64,000 nt of DNA from Candidatus Poribacteria bacterium (GTDB lineage: Bacteria > Poribacteria > WGA-4E > WGA-3G). Location of the stretch: positions 384,001 to 448,000 of the forward strand of contig CAXXLX010000002.1 of the NCBI GenBank assembly GCA_963665235.2, read 5' to 3'. The notes below the pieces were generated by a model, which saw nothing but the letters and a program-made list of their open reading frames with translations, did no database searches and was not told where the DNA came from. Positions 38,298-48,254 of this stretch are shown here, one piece after another. A program made the position numbers and the translations under genes. Position 1 is the first letter of the stretch. Each line of letters opens with the position of its first letter.

Positions 38298-39719
38298 CTA
38301 TATGTCGTGATAGAGGAAGAATTCGTATGGATGCGGTCGCATATTAACGGCATCTACCTCATTTTCGCGTTTGTAATCAATCCACATGTCAAGCACATCT
38401 TCTGTGAACACATCGCCCTTGAGGAGATATTCGTGGTCGTCCTCTAGCGCGTCAAGTGCATCACCGAGGGAAACAGGTGTGGACTCAATCGTATCAAGTT
38501 CCTCTGGTTCGAGGTCATAAAGATCTCTGTCAAAGGGGTCGCCTGGGTGGATTCGGTTCTGTATTCCATCGAGCCCAGCCATCAGCAACGCGCTGAATGC
38601 AAGGTATGGGTTACACGATGGGTCAGGCGTTCGGAATTCAATCCGCTTCGCGTTTTCACTCTTGGAATAGACCGGAATCCGGACGCATGCACTCCGGTTT
38701 CTCTGTGAGTAGGCGATGTTAACCGGGGCCTCGTACCCTGGGACCAACCGTTTGTAAGAATTTGTTGTTGGTGCTATGATTGCGCAAAGTGACCGCGCAT
38801 GCTTGAGCAAGCCGCCGATGTAATAGAGTGCATCTTCACTCAGCAAGGAATAGCCCTGTGGGTCGTAAAAAATGTTCTTGCCATCTTTCCAGAGACTTTG
38901 GTGTACATGCATGCCAGAGCCGTTGTCTTGGAAGAGCGGTTTCGGCATAAAAGTGGCTACGAGCTTATGGGCGCGGGCGATATTTTTGATGACGTATTTA
39001 TATAACGCGATTTTATCGCCTGAACTCGTCAGTGTATCATACCGGAGATCGATTTCGCCTTGTCCAGCGGTTCCGACTTCGTGGTGATGAACTTCGACAT
39101 CAATACCACATTCAATCAACTTGAGACACATCTCCGAGCGAATGTCTTGGAGCGTATCTGATGGCGGTACAGGGAAGTATCCCTCTTTATAGCGGGGTTT
39201 GTAACCGAGATTCGGGTTTTCCTCACGCCCAGAATTCCAGCTGCCTTCAACAGAATCGACAACATAGAACCCTGAATTTTGGGTCTGTGCATACCGGATG
39301 TCGTCGAATAGATAGAACTCCGCCTCAGGTCCCCAGTAGCTGATATCAGCAATTCCTGTGGAATTAAGGTATGCTTCTGCTTTCTGGGCGATATACCGGA
39401 CATCCCGCGTGTAATTTTCCAACGTAATTGGGTCTTTGATGTTACACGTGATGCTCAACGTCGGCACCTTACAGACAGGATCAACGAGGGCAGTCGTCGG
39501 GTCGGGAAAAAGCAACATATCACTCTCGTTAATCGCCTGAAAACCGCGAATACTTGACCCGTCGAAACCGATGCCTTCTTCGAATAGACTTTCGTCGAAC
39601 TCACCGACCATAATGGAGAAGTGTTGCCACATCCCAGGTAGATCCATAAACTTGAGGTCAACTATCTTTATATCATTCTCTTTTGCAAGTGCAACCACCT
39701 CACTTGGTGTCATTTCCAT
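38298..39719 (-). CDS. glnA: glutamine synthetase type I
   Basis: FDGSSI.GF, HHHEV, MPKP..DNGSGMH, NRSA, DLYDL adenylylation site. Confidence 0.97.
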   Translation of the reverse strand: MEMTPSEVVALAKENDIKIVDLKFMDLPGMWQHFSIMVGEFDESLFEEGIGFDGSSIRGFQAINESDMLLFPDPTTALVDPVCKVPTLSITCNIKDPITLENYTRDVRYIAQKAEAYLNSTGIADISYWGPEAEFYLFDDIRYAQTQNSGFYVVDSVEGSWNSGREENPNLGYKPRYKEGYFPVPPSDTLQDIRSEMCLKLIECGIDVEVHHHEVGTAGQGEIDLRYDTLTSSGDKIALYKYVIKNIARAHKLVATFMPKPLFQDNGSGMHVHQSLWKDGKNIFYDPQGYSLLSEDALYYIGGLLKHARSLCAIIAPTTNSYKRLVPGYEAPVNIAYSQRNRSACVRIPVYSKSENAKRIEFRTPDPSCNPYLAFSALLMAGLDGIQNRIHPGDPFDRDLYDLEPEELDTIESTPVSLGDALDALEDDHEYLLKGDVFTEDVLDMWIDYKRENEVDAVNMRPHPYEFFLYHDI

Positions 39720-39813
39720 TTCCTCCTAGTAGAATTTAATAATAAAACCCATCATGGGTTTGTTAATTGAAAGCGCAATTCTTGACTGATGACAGGAATC
39801 CCATGAAACACTG

Positions 39814-39829
39814 TGCAAAGTTTATGCCA
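39814..39829 (-). promoter_or_regulatory. sigma54 promoter of glnA
   Basis: TGGCATAAACTTTGCA. Confidence 0.75.
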
Positions 39830-39984
39830 ATTCTGTCTATAGATGCGCTCTGATTATGCAGGTTGAATATGTTAATGGCAAAAACAGCGTTGAATTGTGT
39901 GTAGAACGCCTATTTTTCGGAACAATTCCGCTGTTTGTTAGCGGACAGAGCACCGCTGTCTTAACCCATATCTCTCAAGGACAT

Positions 39985-40024
39985 TGCTAAATTATCAGGC
40001 ATAAAATTGCCCAAATTTTCAGCA
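39985..40024. promoter_or_regulatory. two NtrC-like enhancer sites
   Basis: TGC-N11-GCA at 39985-40001 and 40008-40024. Confidence 0.5.
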
Positions 40025-40027
40025 AAA

Positions 40028-40612
40028 TCACAGTTTTTTCAGTTCAAATTCCTCAGAAAATCGGCTGGTTTCCGGGCCATCTTGGCCTGCATATTTATTT
40101 GCAGGTTTGAGCTGGTACGGGACCTTTGCTGGAGATGAGAGCTGCTCAAAGGTAAAGGCACAAATCCGCATGCCTGGATAGAGTTTAACGGGCATACGGC
40201 CGAGATTTCCCAACTCCAAAGTAGCCGTTCCGACCCACCCCGGATCGAAAAGTCCGGCGGTGCTATGAACAATGATACCGAGTCTTCCGAGGCTGCTTCT
40301 TCCTTCAAGCCGTGCCATCACGTCATTCGCCAATTCCAATTTTTCCTGAGTCGCCGCAAGCACAAACTCCCCGGGTTGCATCGTAAAAGCATCCCCGTCC
40401 GGTACATCTACGCGGCGCATCAAATCGTCGGCATCAATCCGGGTCCGCAAATCGATGTAAGGGTACTTGCTGTGCTCAAACACACGAAAGGTATTGCTCA
40501 ACCTGAAATCTATTGAACAACTGCCAAGTTGTGTTTCTAAATCAGGCTCCGGTGTAATTTTGATTTTTCCATCGCGTATATATTGAAGAATATCGGTATC
40601 TGATAAAACCAT
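40028..40612 (-). CDS. dcd: dCTP deaminase
   Basis: SIDFRL, EGRSSLGRLG, TAG..DPGW.G, KY.GQ. Confidence 0.93.
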   Translation of the reverse strand: MVLSDTDILQYIRDGKIKITPEPDLETQLGSCSIDFRLSNTFRVFEHSKYPYIDLRTRIDADDLMRRVDVPDGDAFTMQPGEFVLAATQEKLELANDVMARLEGRSSLGRLGIIVHSTAGLFDPGWVGTATLELGNLGRMPVKLYPGMRICAFTFEQLSSPAKVPYQLKPANKYAGQDGPETSRFSEEFELKKL

Positions 40613-40621
40613 AATTTCCTG

Positions 40622-41950
40622 TTAGCCCTCCCCAGCTTCTGGTACAATGCCCCGGTAGGCACAATCCAAAAGATTGATAGGGTGCATCACTCTCATCGGT
40701 AACCCATGTTTTTGAATACCGAATTGAATCTGTAGGAGGCATCCTGGGTTTCCCGTTGCAACAATATCTGCCTCCGTTTCAGCGATGTATGCTATTTTCC
40801 GTTCCAAAATTTCCTGTGAAAGTTCAGGTTGGGTAATATTATAAATACCAGCACTTCCACAGCACCATTCGGCTTCAGTTAGCTCAATCAATTCAATCCC
40901 CGGTATTGCATTCAGTATGTGCCGGGGTTGAAGTTTGACGTTTTGTCCATGTAGCAGATGACACGGTTCATCGTAGGTAACGCGCTGTCGGATTTCTCCT
41001 GTGGGCGGTATCATCTCAATTTCAGCTAGAAATTCGCTGATATCTTGCATTTTGTGGCTAAATTCAGCGGCTTTGTCCGCGTAAGCGGCATCGCCTTCTA
41101 GGAGCACCCCGTATTCCTTGAGTGCTGCGCCACACCCGGCAGAGTTAATGACAATTGCGTCCAACGTCTCATATCCAAAAGCGTCAATGTTCTGTTTCGC
41201 AAGAGACGTAGCAAAATCCCGGAGCCCGTTATGAAGGTGTAACGCCCCGCAGCAGGTTTGTGCCCGGGGTGTGACGACCTCGCAGCCGTTCTCTGCTAGA
41301 ACGCGAATAGTCGCCAAATTCGTCTCGGTGAAAACCTGATTCATAATGCACCCCGGTATGAAACCGACACGATAGCGGGTTGCCCCTTTGGCAGGTGTTA
41401 TATCCTGTATTGTGTACTTGAGCCGTGGCTGCGGAATTTCCGGCAGGAGCGATTCCATCTTTCCAAGTTGCCCCAATAATTTCAGAATCCCTGTCTTTTG
41501 GACAAGCCAGCGGATACCGAGTCGCTGATAGAGCCACATCAGTTCAAAAATAAGGTCCAACCGTTCTTTGTTCGGTAGAATTTCCTTGAAAACTAGATTG
41601 CTCCAGAATCGATAACTTGTTGAACGTTTCGCGTTTAATTCATAGATGGCGCGTGCCTGTTCAAGAAGTTCGCCAAAGTGAACGCCTGATGGGCAAGCCG
41701 TCTCGCATGCCCGACAGTCCAAGCACCGATAAATGTATTCTGCCCACTCCTCGCTAAGCGGCGTGGCATCCTCCGTTTTAAAAGCACTTCCCATGAGATA
41801 TAACCTGCCCCGCGGTGAATCGGTTTCCAACCCCAATTCTCGATAGGTCGGACAGGTCGGCAGGCAGAGCCCGCAATGTGTGCAAGCATCCCACTTTTGC
41901 CAATTGAAGGTGTTTACGCCGATGAGCGGTTGTGTTTGTTGATTGGGCAT
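40622..41950 (-). CDS. glcF: glycolate oxidase iron-sulfur subunit-like protein
   Basis: two CxxCxxCxxxCP motifs, SPRGR, two CCG domains. Confidence 0.8.
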   Translation of the reverse strand: MPNQQTQPLIGVNTFNWQKWDACTHCGLCLPTCPTYRELGLETDSPRGRLYLMGSAFKTEDATPLSEEWAEYIYRCLDCRACETACPSGVHFGELLEQARAIYELNAKRSTSYRFWSNLVFKEILPNKERLDLIFELMWLYQRLGIRWLVQKTGILKLLGQLGKMESLLPEIPQPRLKYTIQDITPAKGATRYRVGFIPGCIMNQVFTETNLATIRVLAENGCEVVTPRAQTCCGALHLHNGLRDFATSLAKQNIDAFGYETLDAIVINSAGCGAALKEYGVLLEGDAAYADKAAEFSHKMQDISEFLAEIEMIPPTGEIRQRVTYDEPCHLLHGQNVKLQPRHILNAIPGIELIELTEAEWCCGSAGIYNITQPELSQEILERKIAYIAETEADIVATGNPGCLLQIQFGIQKHGLPMRVMHPINLLDCAYRGIVPEAGEG

Positions 41951-41974
41951 AGTAATGTTTTTGTTCCGTGTTTC

Positions 41975-42340
41975 TTAATACTTGCGAAATTCCATTTTTA
42001 TTGCAAGAATAACAAAAAAGATAGTGATCAGAATCAGGACAATCGTACTGATTATAAATCCCATATTTCCTTTTGCAGCAAAACCCTTCTTGCGATTTTC
42101 CTGTTTGGATTCCTGAATTTTTTCAGCCAAAACCCGCTTTTCGTGTTGCGTAAATCCACTTTTTTTCGGTGTCGGTTCACCTGAAGGGGTAGGTAGACTA
42201 CGCCGCGCCTTCCACCGAGGCCAGACGAGCCGAAATAGCAGAAGACATCCCAATAAAGGTAATATTAATAACAATCCAACGATACAGAGAAAAGTTAACC
42301 ATCCAAGGACAGCTATCAAAATATCAGAAATCGCTTCCAC
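41975..42340 (-). CDS. small membrane protein
   Basis: TM helices; paralog of 42637-42975. Confidence 0.6.
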   Translation of the reverse strand: MEAISDILIAVLGWLTFLCIVGLLLILPLLGCLLLFRLVWPRWKARRSLPTPSGEPTPKKSGFTQHEKRVLAEKIQESKQENRKKGFAAKGNMGFIISTIVLILITIFFVILAIKMEFRKY

Positions 42341-42384
42341 TTTGCGGGTCTCCTCGGCAATTCTACTGTACGGTCACGGTTATT

Positions 42385-42621
42385 ATCGCGTGCACAGCAC
42401 GCTCCTACATAAGAGTCGCAAGCACAGCCATAAGACATCGCGTGCACAGCACGCTCCTACATAAGAATCGCAAGCACAGCCATAAGACATCGCGTGCACA
42501 GCACGCTCCTACATAAGAGTCGCAAGCACAGCCATAAGACATCGCGTGCACAGCACGCTCCTACATAAGAGTCGCAAGCACAGCCATAAGACATCGCGTG
42601 CACAGCACGCTCCTACATAAG
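42385..42621. repeat. 52-bp tandem repeat x4.5 built on a GTAG-type REP
   Basis: units at 42385, 42437, 42489, 42541, 42593. Confidence 0.95.
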
Positions 42622-42636
42622 CGGTATTGCGTCGCG

Positions 42637-42975
42637 CTAAAATCTACTACGAAATCCCATTTTTATCGCGATAATAATAAAAAACACCGTGAGTGCGATT
42701 AAGCCGATTGTGACGAAAATCTTGTACTTAGTGGTATCTTTTCCAGCGAAACTTTTCTTGAGGTTTTCTGTTCGGGTGCTCTGAATCTTTTCGGCGAGAA
42801 GCTGCTTCTCGTTTTGTGTTAACCCCTTCTTTACAACGGGCTGCTCTGTTGAAATCAGTGGAGGCCTCCGGCTTCTTCTCCGCTTCGGCAAAATGAGGGC
42901 AAAAAGCAGGATACACCCGATAAGCGTCATGATGTGGACCGGATATGCCATGAGCAGCTCCAGAACACCTTGCAC
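42637..42975 (-). CDS. small membrane protein
   Basis: shares G.TQ.EK..LAEKIQ...EN.KK.FA and I.AIKM.FR with 41975-42340. Confidence 0.6.
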   Translation of the reverse strand: MQGVLELLMAYPVHIMTLIGCILLFALILPKRRRSRRPPLISTEQPVVKKGLTQNEKQLLAEKIQSTRTENLKKSFAGKDTTKYKIFVTIGLIALTVFFIIIAIKMGFRSRF

Positions 42976-42979
42976 CTCT

Positions 42980-43825
42980 CTATCCCCCTTTGATGATTTT
43001 GGTTATGCCTTCGTTGAGACTTCCGGAGCGATACCCTTGTAGGTCAAGCGTGACATAGAGATATCCGAGTGTTTTAAAGTGGACATTGATTTCATGGCGT
43101 ACGGTTTTTGAGAGTACGCGTGAAATTTCTTCCGCTTCAAGCTCAATGCGGGCGAGGTCACCGTGGTGCCGGACCCGGAATTGACGAATCCCTAAATCGT
43201 AGAGAAATTGCTCGGCAGCGTCTACCTGCCGCAGCAATTCACGGGTGATACGCATGCCGTAGGGAAACCTTGAGGAGAGACAGGCAAAAGCGGGTTTATC
43301 CCAGGTCGGCAGTCCCCACGCTTTTGAAATCTCGCGAATTTCCGCTTTCGTCAAGTTGACATCAATCAAGGGGGCTTGGATTCCCATCTGTTTTGCCGCA
43401 TCCATTCCAGGACGATGGTCACCGATATCGTCCGGAATCGCGCCGTAGACAATTGTCCCCATCTCGTATTTTTCAGCGATGGGACGCAATTTATTAAACA
43501 GCTCTGTTTTACAAAAGTAGCACCGATTGGTAGGGTTGCTCGCGTACCCCTCTAGTTCCAATTCTTCCGTGTGAACTGTTTCAAAGCGGATACCGAGCTG
43601 CTCGGCGATATCTTGCGCAGCTTGCATCTCTCGAATAGGATAGGAATCGGAAATAGCAGTGACAGCAAGGGCGTTATCCCCTAGCGCACGCTGCGCAGCA
43701 TCTGCCAGAAACGTGCTATCAACACCACCGGAAAACGCAACAATTACCTTGCTATAATCGCGTAAACATGCATAGAGCCGGTCCACTTTTGTTTGTAACT
43801 CGAGCGATTCTAAAGGTTTTAACAT
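42980..43825 (-). CDS. larE: ATP-dependent sulfur transferase LarE family
   Basis: AFSGGVDS, RCYFCK, D.RPG, ACLSSRFPYG, RVRHH. Confidence 0.9.
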   Translation of the reverse strand: MLKPLESLELQTKVDRLYACLRDYSKVIVAFSGGVDSTFLADAAQRALGDNALAVTAISDSYPIREMQAAQDIAEQLGIRFETVHTEELELEGYASNPTNRCYFCKTELFNKLRPIAEKYEMGTIVYGAIPDDIGDHRPGMDAAKQMGIQAPLIDVNLTKAEIREISKAWGLPTWDKPAFACLSSRFPYGMRITRELLRQVDAAEQFLYDLGIRQFRVRHHGDLARIELEAEEISRVLSKTVRHEINVHFKTLGYLYVTLDLQGYRSGSLNEGITKIIKGG

Positions 43826-43843
43826 CTGTTCCTGTCCTTAAAG

Positions 43844-44446
43844 TTAATACAACGGGCGCTCGGCTTGTCGTAATTGGTTCAATTCATTACTGAGGAGTTG
43901 TCGTTTTATGCCACTAATCCGATCGATGAAAAGGATGCCGTTGAGATGGTCTATTTCGTGTTGCAGCACACGTGAAAGCAAGCCATCTGCTTCTATGTCA
44001 GCCTGTTCACCGTTGATGTTAAGGGCTCTAACAACAATCTTCTCTGGACGTTTGACAAGTGCTTGTAGGTTCGGTAGACTCAAACATCCCTCTTCCGCTA
44101 CATCCTCTCCTTCAACGCTTAGAATTTCAGGATTGAACAGCATCAACGGTTCATATTCTCTCTCTTCATCGGGCATTAAGGCGATAATGATAAATCGCTT
44201 TAAAACGCCAACCTGTGTTGCTGCAAGTCCGATACCGTTCCCTATAGTGTAGAGGGTCAATAACATGTCATTGGCAAGTTTAATTTCTACGTCAGTGATT
44301 TCCTGAACCGGTTCAGCCTTTTTGCGAAGGACTGGGTCACCGTAATAACGAAGTTGCAACGGGGTAGTCTTCGGTAGGGATAGCTTCTCGTCTACACCTA
44401 CATCCGATACTGACTGATTTTTATGTCTTTTTTTAGGTCTTGACAT
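43844..44446 (-). CDS. def: peptide deformylase
   Basis: GIGLAATQ, EGCLS, QHEIDHLNG. Confidence 0.95.
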   Translation of the reverse strand: MSRPKKRHKNQSVSDVGVDEKLSLPKTTPLQLRYYGDPVLRKKAEPVQEITDVEIKLANDMLLTLYTIGNGIGLAATQVGVLKRFIIIALMPDEEREYEPLMLFNPEILSVEGEDVAEEGCLSLPNLQALVKRPEKIVVRALNINGEQADIEADGLLSRVLQHEIDHLNGILFIDRISGIKRQLLSNELNQLRQAERPLY

Positions 44447-44540
44447 GCGTCAAACAGTTCTCCATCTTTTTTTGAAAAATAAAACAGTTTTTAATATCGT
44501 AACATTTTTGACGAATTTTGTCAAGGAAAAAAATATTGTG

Positions 44541-45035
44541 GGGTGCGTAAAGTTTTTGTACAAAACAGGTGTAAATGTTACACTTTTGACACAAAGTGTA
44601 ACATTCAGTTTTGGGTTCTGAACTCCCTTGAACGCAAGCCCTGTCTATGTTTCAAGCGGTTTCGACCCATTTTTTCCCAGCACAAAAAAAACGTGTTGTG
44701 TCATTTCGACTGCCGGTTTTCGGGTATCTGTCCTGCCTACTTTTCTTACCGTTCTGCCCGAAAAATGTTTTGGTTTTCTGTTATATTATACCATTTTTAT
44801 TAATTATTCTATCATTACCGGTTGTTAGAAATGAAACGGAGAACGGAAGACCCAAACTAAAAGTTTATGCTACAAGAAAGCACACAAACTGGAAGTTTAT
44901 GCTACAAAAAACAACACAAACTGGAAGTTTATGCTACAAGAAAGAGACATTTTCAATTAGAAATGGTATTAGTTGCGAACTGTTTGATTTTTCTTCATAA
45001 AAAATATCGCAGCCGTACAAAAACTTTACACACCC
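44541..45035. mobile_element. 495-bp MITE with 21-bp TIRs and 9-bp target duplication, containing a nested MITE (44789-44968)
   Basis: GGGTGCGTAAAGTTTTTGTAC / GTACAAAAACTTTACACACCC; AATATTGTG at 44532-44540 and 45036-45044. Confidence 0.85.
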
Positions 45036-45057
45036 AATATTGTGAAGGGGGGCAGAG

Positions 45058-46254
45058 CTAAACCCATCCTGCAGAGATGAGATGGCGAAGTTCAAGGAGC
45101 AAGCTAGGTTGATGCCTTAGCACCGTTTGGAAAATCTTTCCTAACGTTATCTCTTCGCTGGGGAGTTTAGAGAGGACTTCTGCGTATCCATCAAGCGTTT
45201 CGTCTGAAATAAATTTGAAAATACCATCTCGGATGCGACAGATATGCTTAAAATGTCTACCAATTTCACGGTCCCAACGTTTTGGGTATGCGCTGAGAAC
45301 TTTTTCGGAGACATCCCCGTTACGAATACCAGCCAGTGCAGCTTCAGCAGCGAACTTTCCCGAGTACATCGCGTTAGGAATACCGCCGCCAGATACCGGG
45401 TCGCTGTGATGTGCCGCGTCCCCAACGAGCAGAATGCCGTCTCGGACAATCCGCGGCAAACCCTCTCCAACTGGCACTGCACCGCCCACTAATCCTAAAA
45501 TTCTACCTTCAGGAAACTTCCGTTTGACGAACGCGTTCAGGTAATCTATGGCGAGTTTACCCCCTTTGCCCGAAATATTCGCACGAATGCCAACCCCAAC
45601 GTTAGCAATGTCATCCCCTTTTGGAAACACCCAAACGTACCCAAGCGGGGCAACGTCGCGTCCGAAGTAAAAATCACAACACTCCGGTATAATATCAATG
45701 TTTGACATGAGATATTGAGCACAGGGGCCGATATCGCGTAGTTGGTGGGTTGTATCGATACCTGCCCATCGTCCCACCTGGGATTCAACGCCATCCGCCG
45801 CAATAACCACCTTCGTTTTGCTAGTGTACTCGCGGCCTGAATAACGGAACACGACACCGTTCACAGCTCCGTCATCAGCGGTTGTGACATTTGTGACACG
45901 TGCTTTCACCATTAACTCAGCCCCAGCATCTGCTGCCATCTCCGCAAGCCGGCGGTCGAACACTTTCCGCTCTAGCACATAGCCTGCGTCTGGACAATCA
46001 ATTGTGACAGCAGTCTCGTTGGGTGAGATGATACGTGCGCTGCTTATGCCACAGGATATCCAGGCTGCTTCGGGCTCAATAAATTCGCGCAGAGCCTCTG
46101 CGCTAATACCCTCCGCTCAGCGGAGCGGCACACCTATTTCTTGGCGTTTCTCTAGCAGCAGCACCCGCAATCCGTTTTCAGCGGCAACCTTTGCAGCGAT
46201 GGAGCCTCCTGGGCCCGCGCCAACAACAATGACATCGTATTCCGCATGTAGCAT
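45058..46254 (-). CDS. geranylgeranyl reductase (DGGGPL reductase-like) with in-frame UGA (candidate selenocysteine, residue 46; 398 aa)
   Basis: [12 protein letters not shown]...EIGVPLR-TGA-AEG, in frame with [22 protein letters not shown]; GGAG RBS. Confidence 0.85.
46087..46103 (-). promoter_or_regulatory. candidate SECIS hairpin
   Basis: GCGCAGA-GGC-UCUGCGC, 13 nt after the UGA. Confidence 0.6.
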
Positions 46255-46299
46255 TTATCACTTCTCCACAAGTTAATATTAGGGGACGCAGCAGGGTCT

Positions 46300-46518
46300 T
46301 CAGAAAAGGCCTCGGTCCGGATAATCGGGATAGTAAATCTTGCCTTTGCGTTCCATGGAGAGCACACCGATTGGACATCCCTTGACACATTTCATACAAT
46401 CGGTGCACTTCGGTTGGTCAATTTTCAGATGCGTGTCTATCAGGTCAATGATATTTTCGGGGCAGACAGCGACGCATGCGCCGCAATAGACACAGAGCTC
46501 TTCGTTAATATGAATCAT
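46300..46518 (-). CDS. 2x[4Fe-4S] ferredoxin
   Basis: CVYCGACVAVCP and CTDCMKCVKGCP. Confidence 0.92.
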   Translation of the reverse strand: MIHINEELCVYCGACVAVCPENIIDLIDTHLKIDQPKCTDCMKCVKGCPIGVLSMERKGKIYYPDYPDRGLF

Positions 46519-46586
46519 AGTCGGTTTCTCGTTGTTTCATAAGGATATTTTATTAAAAATCAGATATAAACGTTGGACTTGTATAA

Positions 46587-46615
46587 ATAATACCGTATCT
46601 TACAAAAAAAGTCAA
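46587..46615 (-). promoter_or_regulatory. sigma70 promoter of the ferredoxin-reductase pair
   Basis: TTGACT-N17-TATTAT. Confidence 0.55.
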
Positions 46616-46631
46616 GGAAAAATAGCACAGA

Positions 46632-48254
46632 TTAAGGAGCCTTCAGGAGATAGAGGTGGAAACCTTCATCCCCAATCGTTGAACCTGTAAACTGTGCTAA
46701 CAGTGTGAGACCATATTGCTCAAGCAGCTGGGAGTCTAAAGCACGATTCAAAATAATTAGCACGTCTTCGCCGTTTTGTCCGCTTAGGGTTTCAGCTTCT
46801 TGGATAATACCTTCGTTGGAAACGCCGTGTGTTCTCGCTCTGTCCCATCTGACAAATGACCCGAATCGGCTGCCTTTCGGATAATAAATCTGCTTCTTCT
46901 CTAGATATCCGACAACAGTGCTAACAGCAAAATCTGTGTCGCCGACCATCAGCATGTCTTGCCTGCCTTGTGCCCGAATATATTCAGCGGTCCGTTTTCC
47001 ATTAGAGAAAATCTCGAGGATATCCATACTGATAGCGTTGACGCTGCCGAAAAAATGAAAAAGGAGAATGACAGCAAAAATCGGGCTAAAGAGCCGTTGT
47101 GCGAATTCACTGAGTCGGTTGAAGGGTAGGTTTATTTCGGGGCAGTCATAGTAAATCCAACTCGCCGCCACAAATGTGATAAACAGGAAACCGTGATGCC
47201 GTATGCTGCCTCCATACTTGACGTAGAAGAAGGCGAGAAGTCCAATTGTGGCTATCAGATAGGTAAAAAGCGCAGTCGGACGTTTCAAAAATCGGAGGAC
47301 ACACCACACTATAATGAGACAACAGAGCGGAAACCGAATTAATTGAAAGAGGGCAATACTATTAAGCCAATTGCTACCCCAAAACCCTCTCACTGTATGC
47401 GGCACAGGGAAGAAAGGATTGGACATCAGACGGATAATCTGTTTCACACGTTGTCCGTCGAACCTAAAGTTCCAGCCGACAGCAAACCCGGTATCCGCAG
47501 GGGGATTGAGTTGCAAGACGGCTGTTACGATGCCGATGCCGATGAGTATAAATCCGAGCCAGATGCGTCTTCTCCCCTCGGTAAGCAGCTCATGTGCATC
47601 CCCCGCCTTGCAGCAGTAGAAATAGAGGTATTCTACCATGAGAGCAACCCCGATAGCGATGGTCACGATAAGGGCATGTACGCTTGTGTGGGCAAGTAGA
47701 ATTAAGACAATCCCTATCCATACAAATCGTTTATACCGTTCCCTGAAGAGGACGCAGAAAATAGTTATGAGAAGTAAACCGAGGGCATAATTTCGGGCGA
47801 CAATCGCATATTCATAGAGTGCAAAATAACCGAAACAGAAGAGAAGTTTGTGTAACCAATGAAACGGTGCGAAACGTGTAAATAGGAAAACTGTTGCAGC
47901 AGCAATTAGCAGGTGAAACGCCTGCATCATGACAGGTGAGGCACTGATACGGCTGAGTGGCATCAAACAGATATGCCATAAGGCGGGATGCCCTTCATAT
48001 TTCATATTTGCCAGAAGCTCAGAGAGAGACGCGCTATCTCTCGCGAGGAGCCACGCCTGAATTTCGTCTCGCCACATCTCATGGTGTGCCGCTGCGTACC
48101 CGCCGACAAGCAGAAAAAGAGCGGTCATCCCGATGGCGTAGTAGAAATCCTTTTTTGCGGACAGGTTTGACTGTACAGATTGTAGCAATTGAGAAAAATT
48201 TTGGAGGGTCATTGAGTGTTCTATTGCGTCCCTAAACTGGAAATGGGTATCCAT
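46632..48254 (-). CDS. polytopic membrane protein, GT-C glycosyltransferase-like
   Basis: HEMWRDE.QAW, YEGHP, ARNY; many TMs; start uncertain. Confidence 0.7.
   Translation of the reverse strand: MDTHFQFRDAIEHSMTLQNFSQLLQSVQSNLSAKKDFYYAIGMTALFLLVGGYAAAHHEMWRDEIQAWLLARDSASLSELLANMKYEGHPALWHICLMPLSRISASPVMMQAFHLLIAAATVFLFTRFAPFHWLHKLLFCFGYFALYEYAIVARNYALGLLLITIFCVLFRERYKRFVWIGIVLILLAHTSVHALIVTIAIGVALMVEYLYFYCCKAGDAHELLTEGRRRIWLGFILIGIGIVTAVLQLNPPADTGFAVGWNFRFDGQRVKQIIRLMSNPFFPVPHTVRGFWGSNWLNSIALFQLIRFPLCCLIIVWCVLRFLKRPTALFTYLIATIGLLAFFYVKYGGSIRHHGFLFITFVAASWIYYDCPEINLPFNRLSEFAQRLFSPIFAVILLFHFFGSVNAISMDILEIFSNGKRTAEYIRAQGRQDMLMVGDTDFAVSTVVGYLEKKQIYYPKGSRFGSFVRWDRARTHGVSNEGIIQEAETLSGQNGEDVLIILNRALDSQLLEQYGLTLLAQFTGSTIGDEGFHLYLLKAP

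Noticed and set aside
46152-46408. Tracked ORFs 46152-46388 and 46178-46408
   Set aside because: Shadow frames overlapping the ferredoxin and the true reductase N-terminus.
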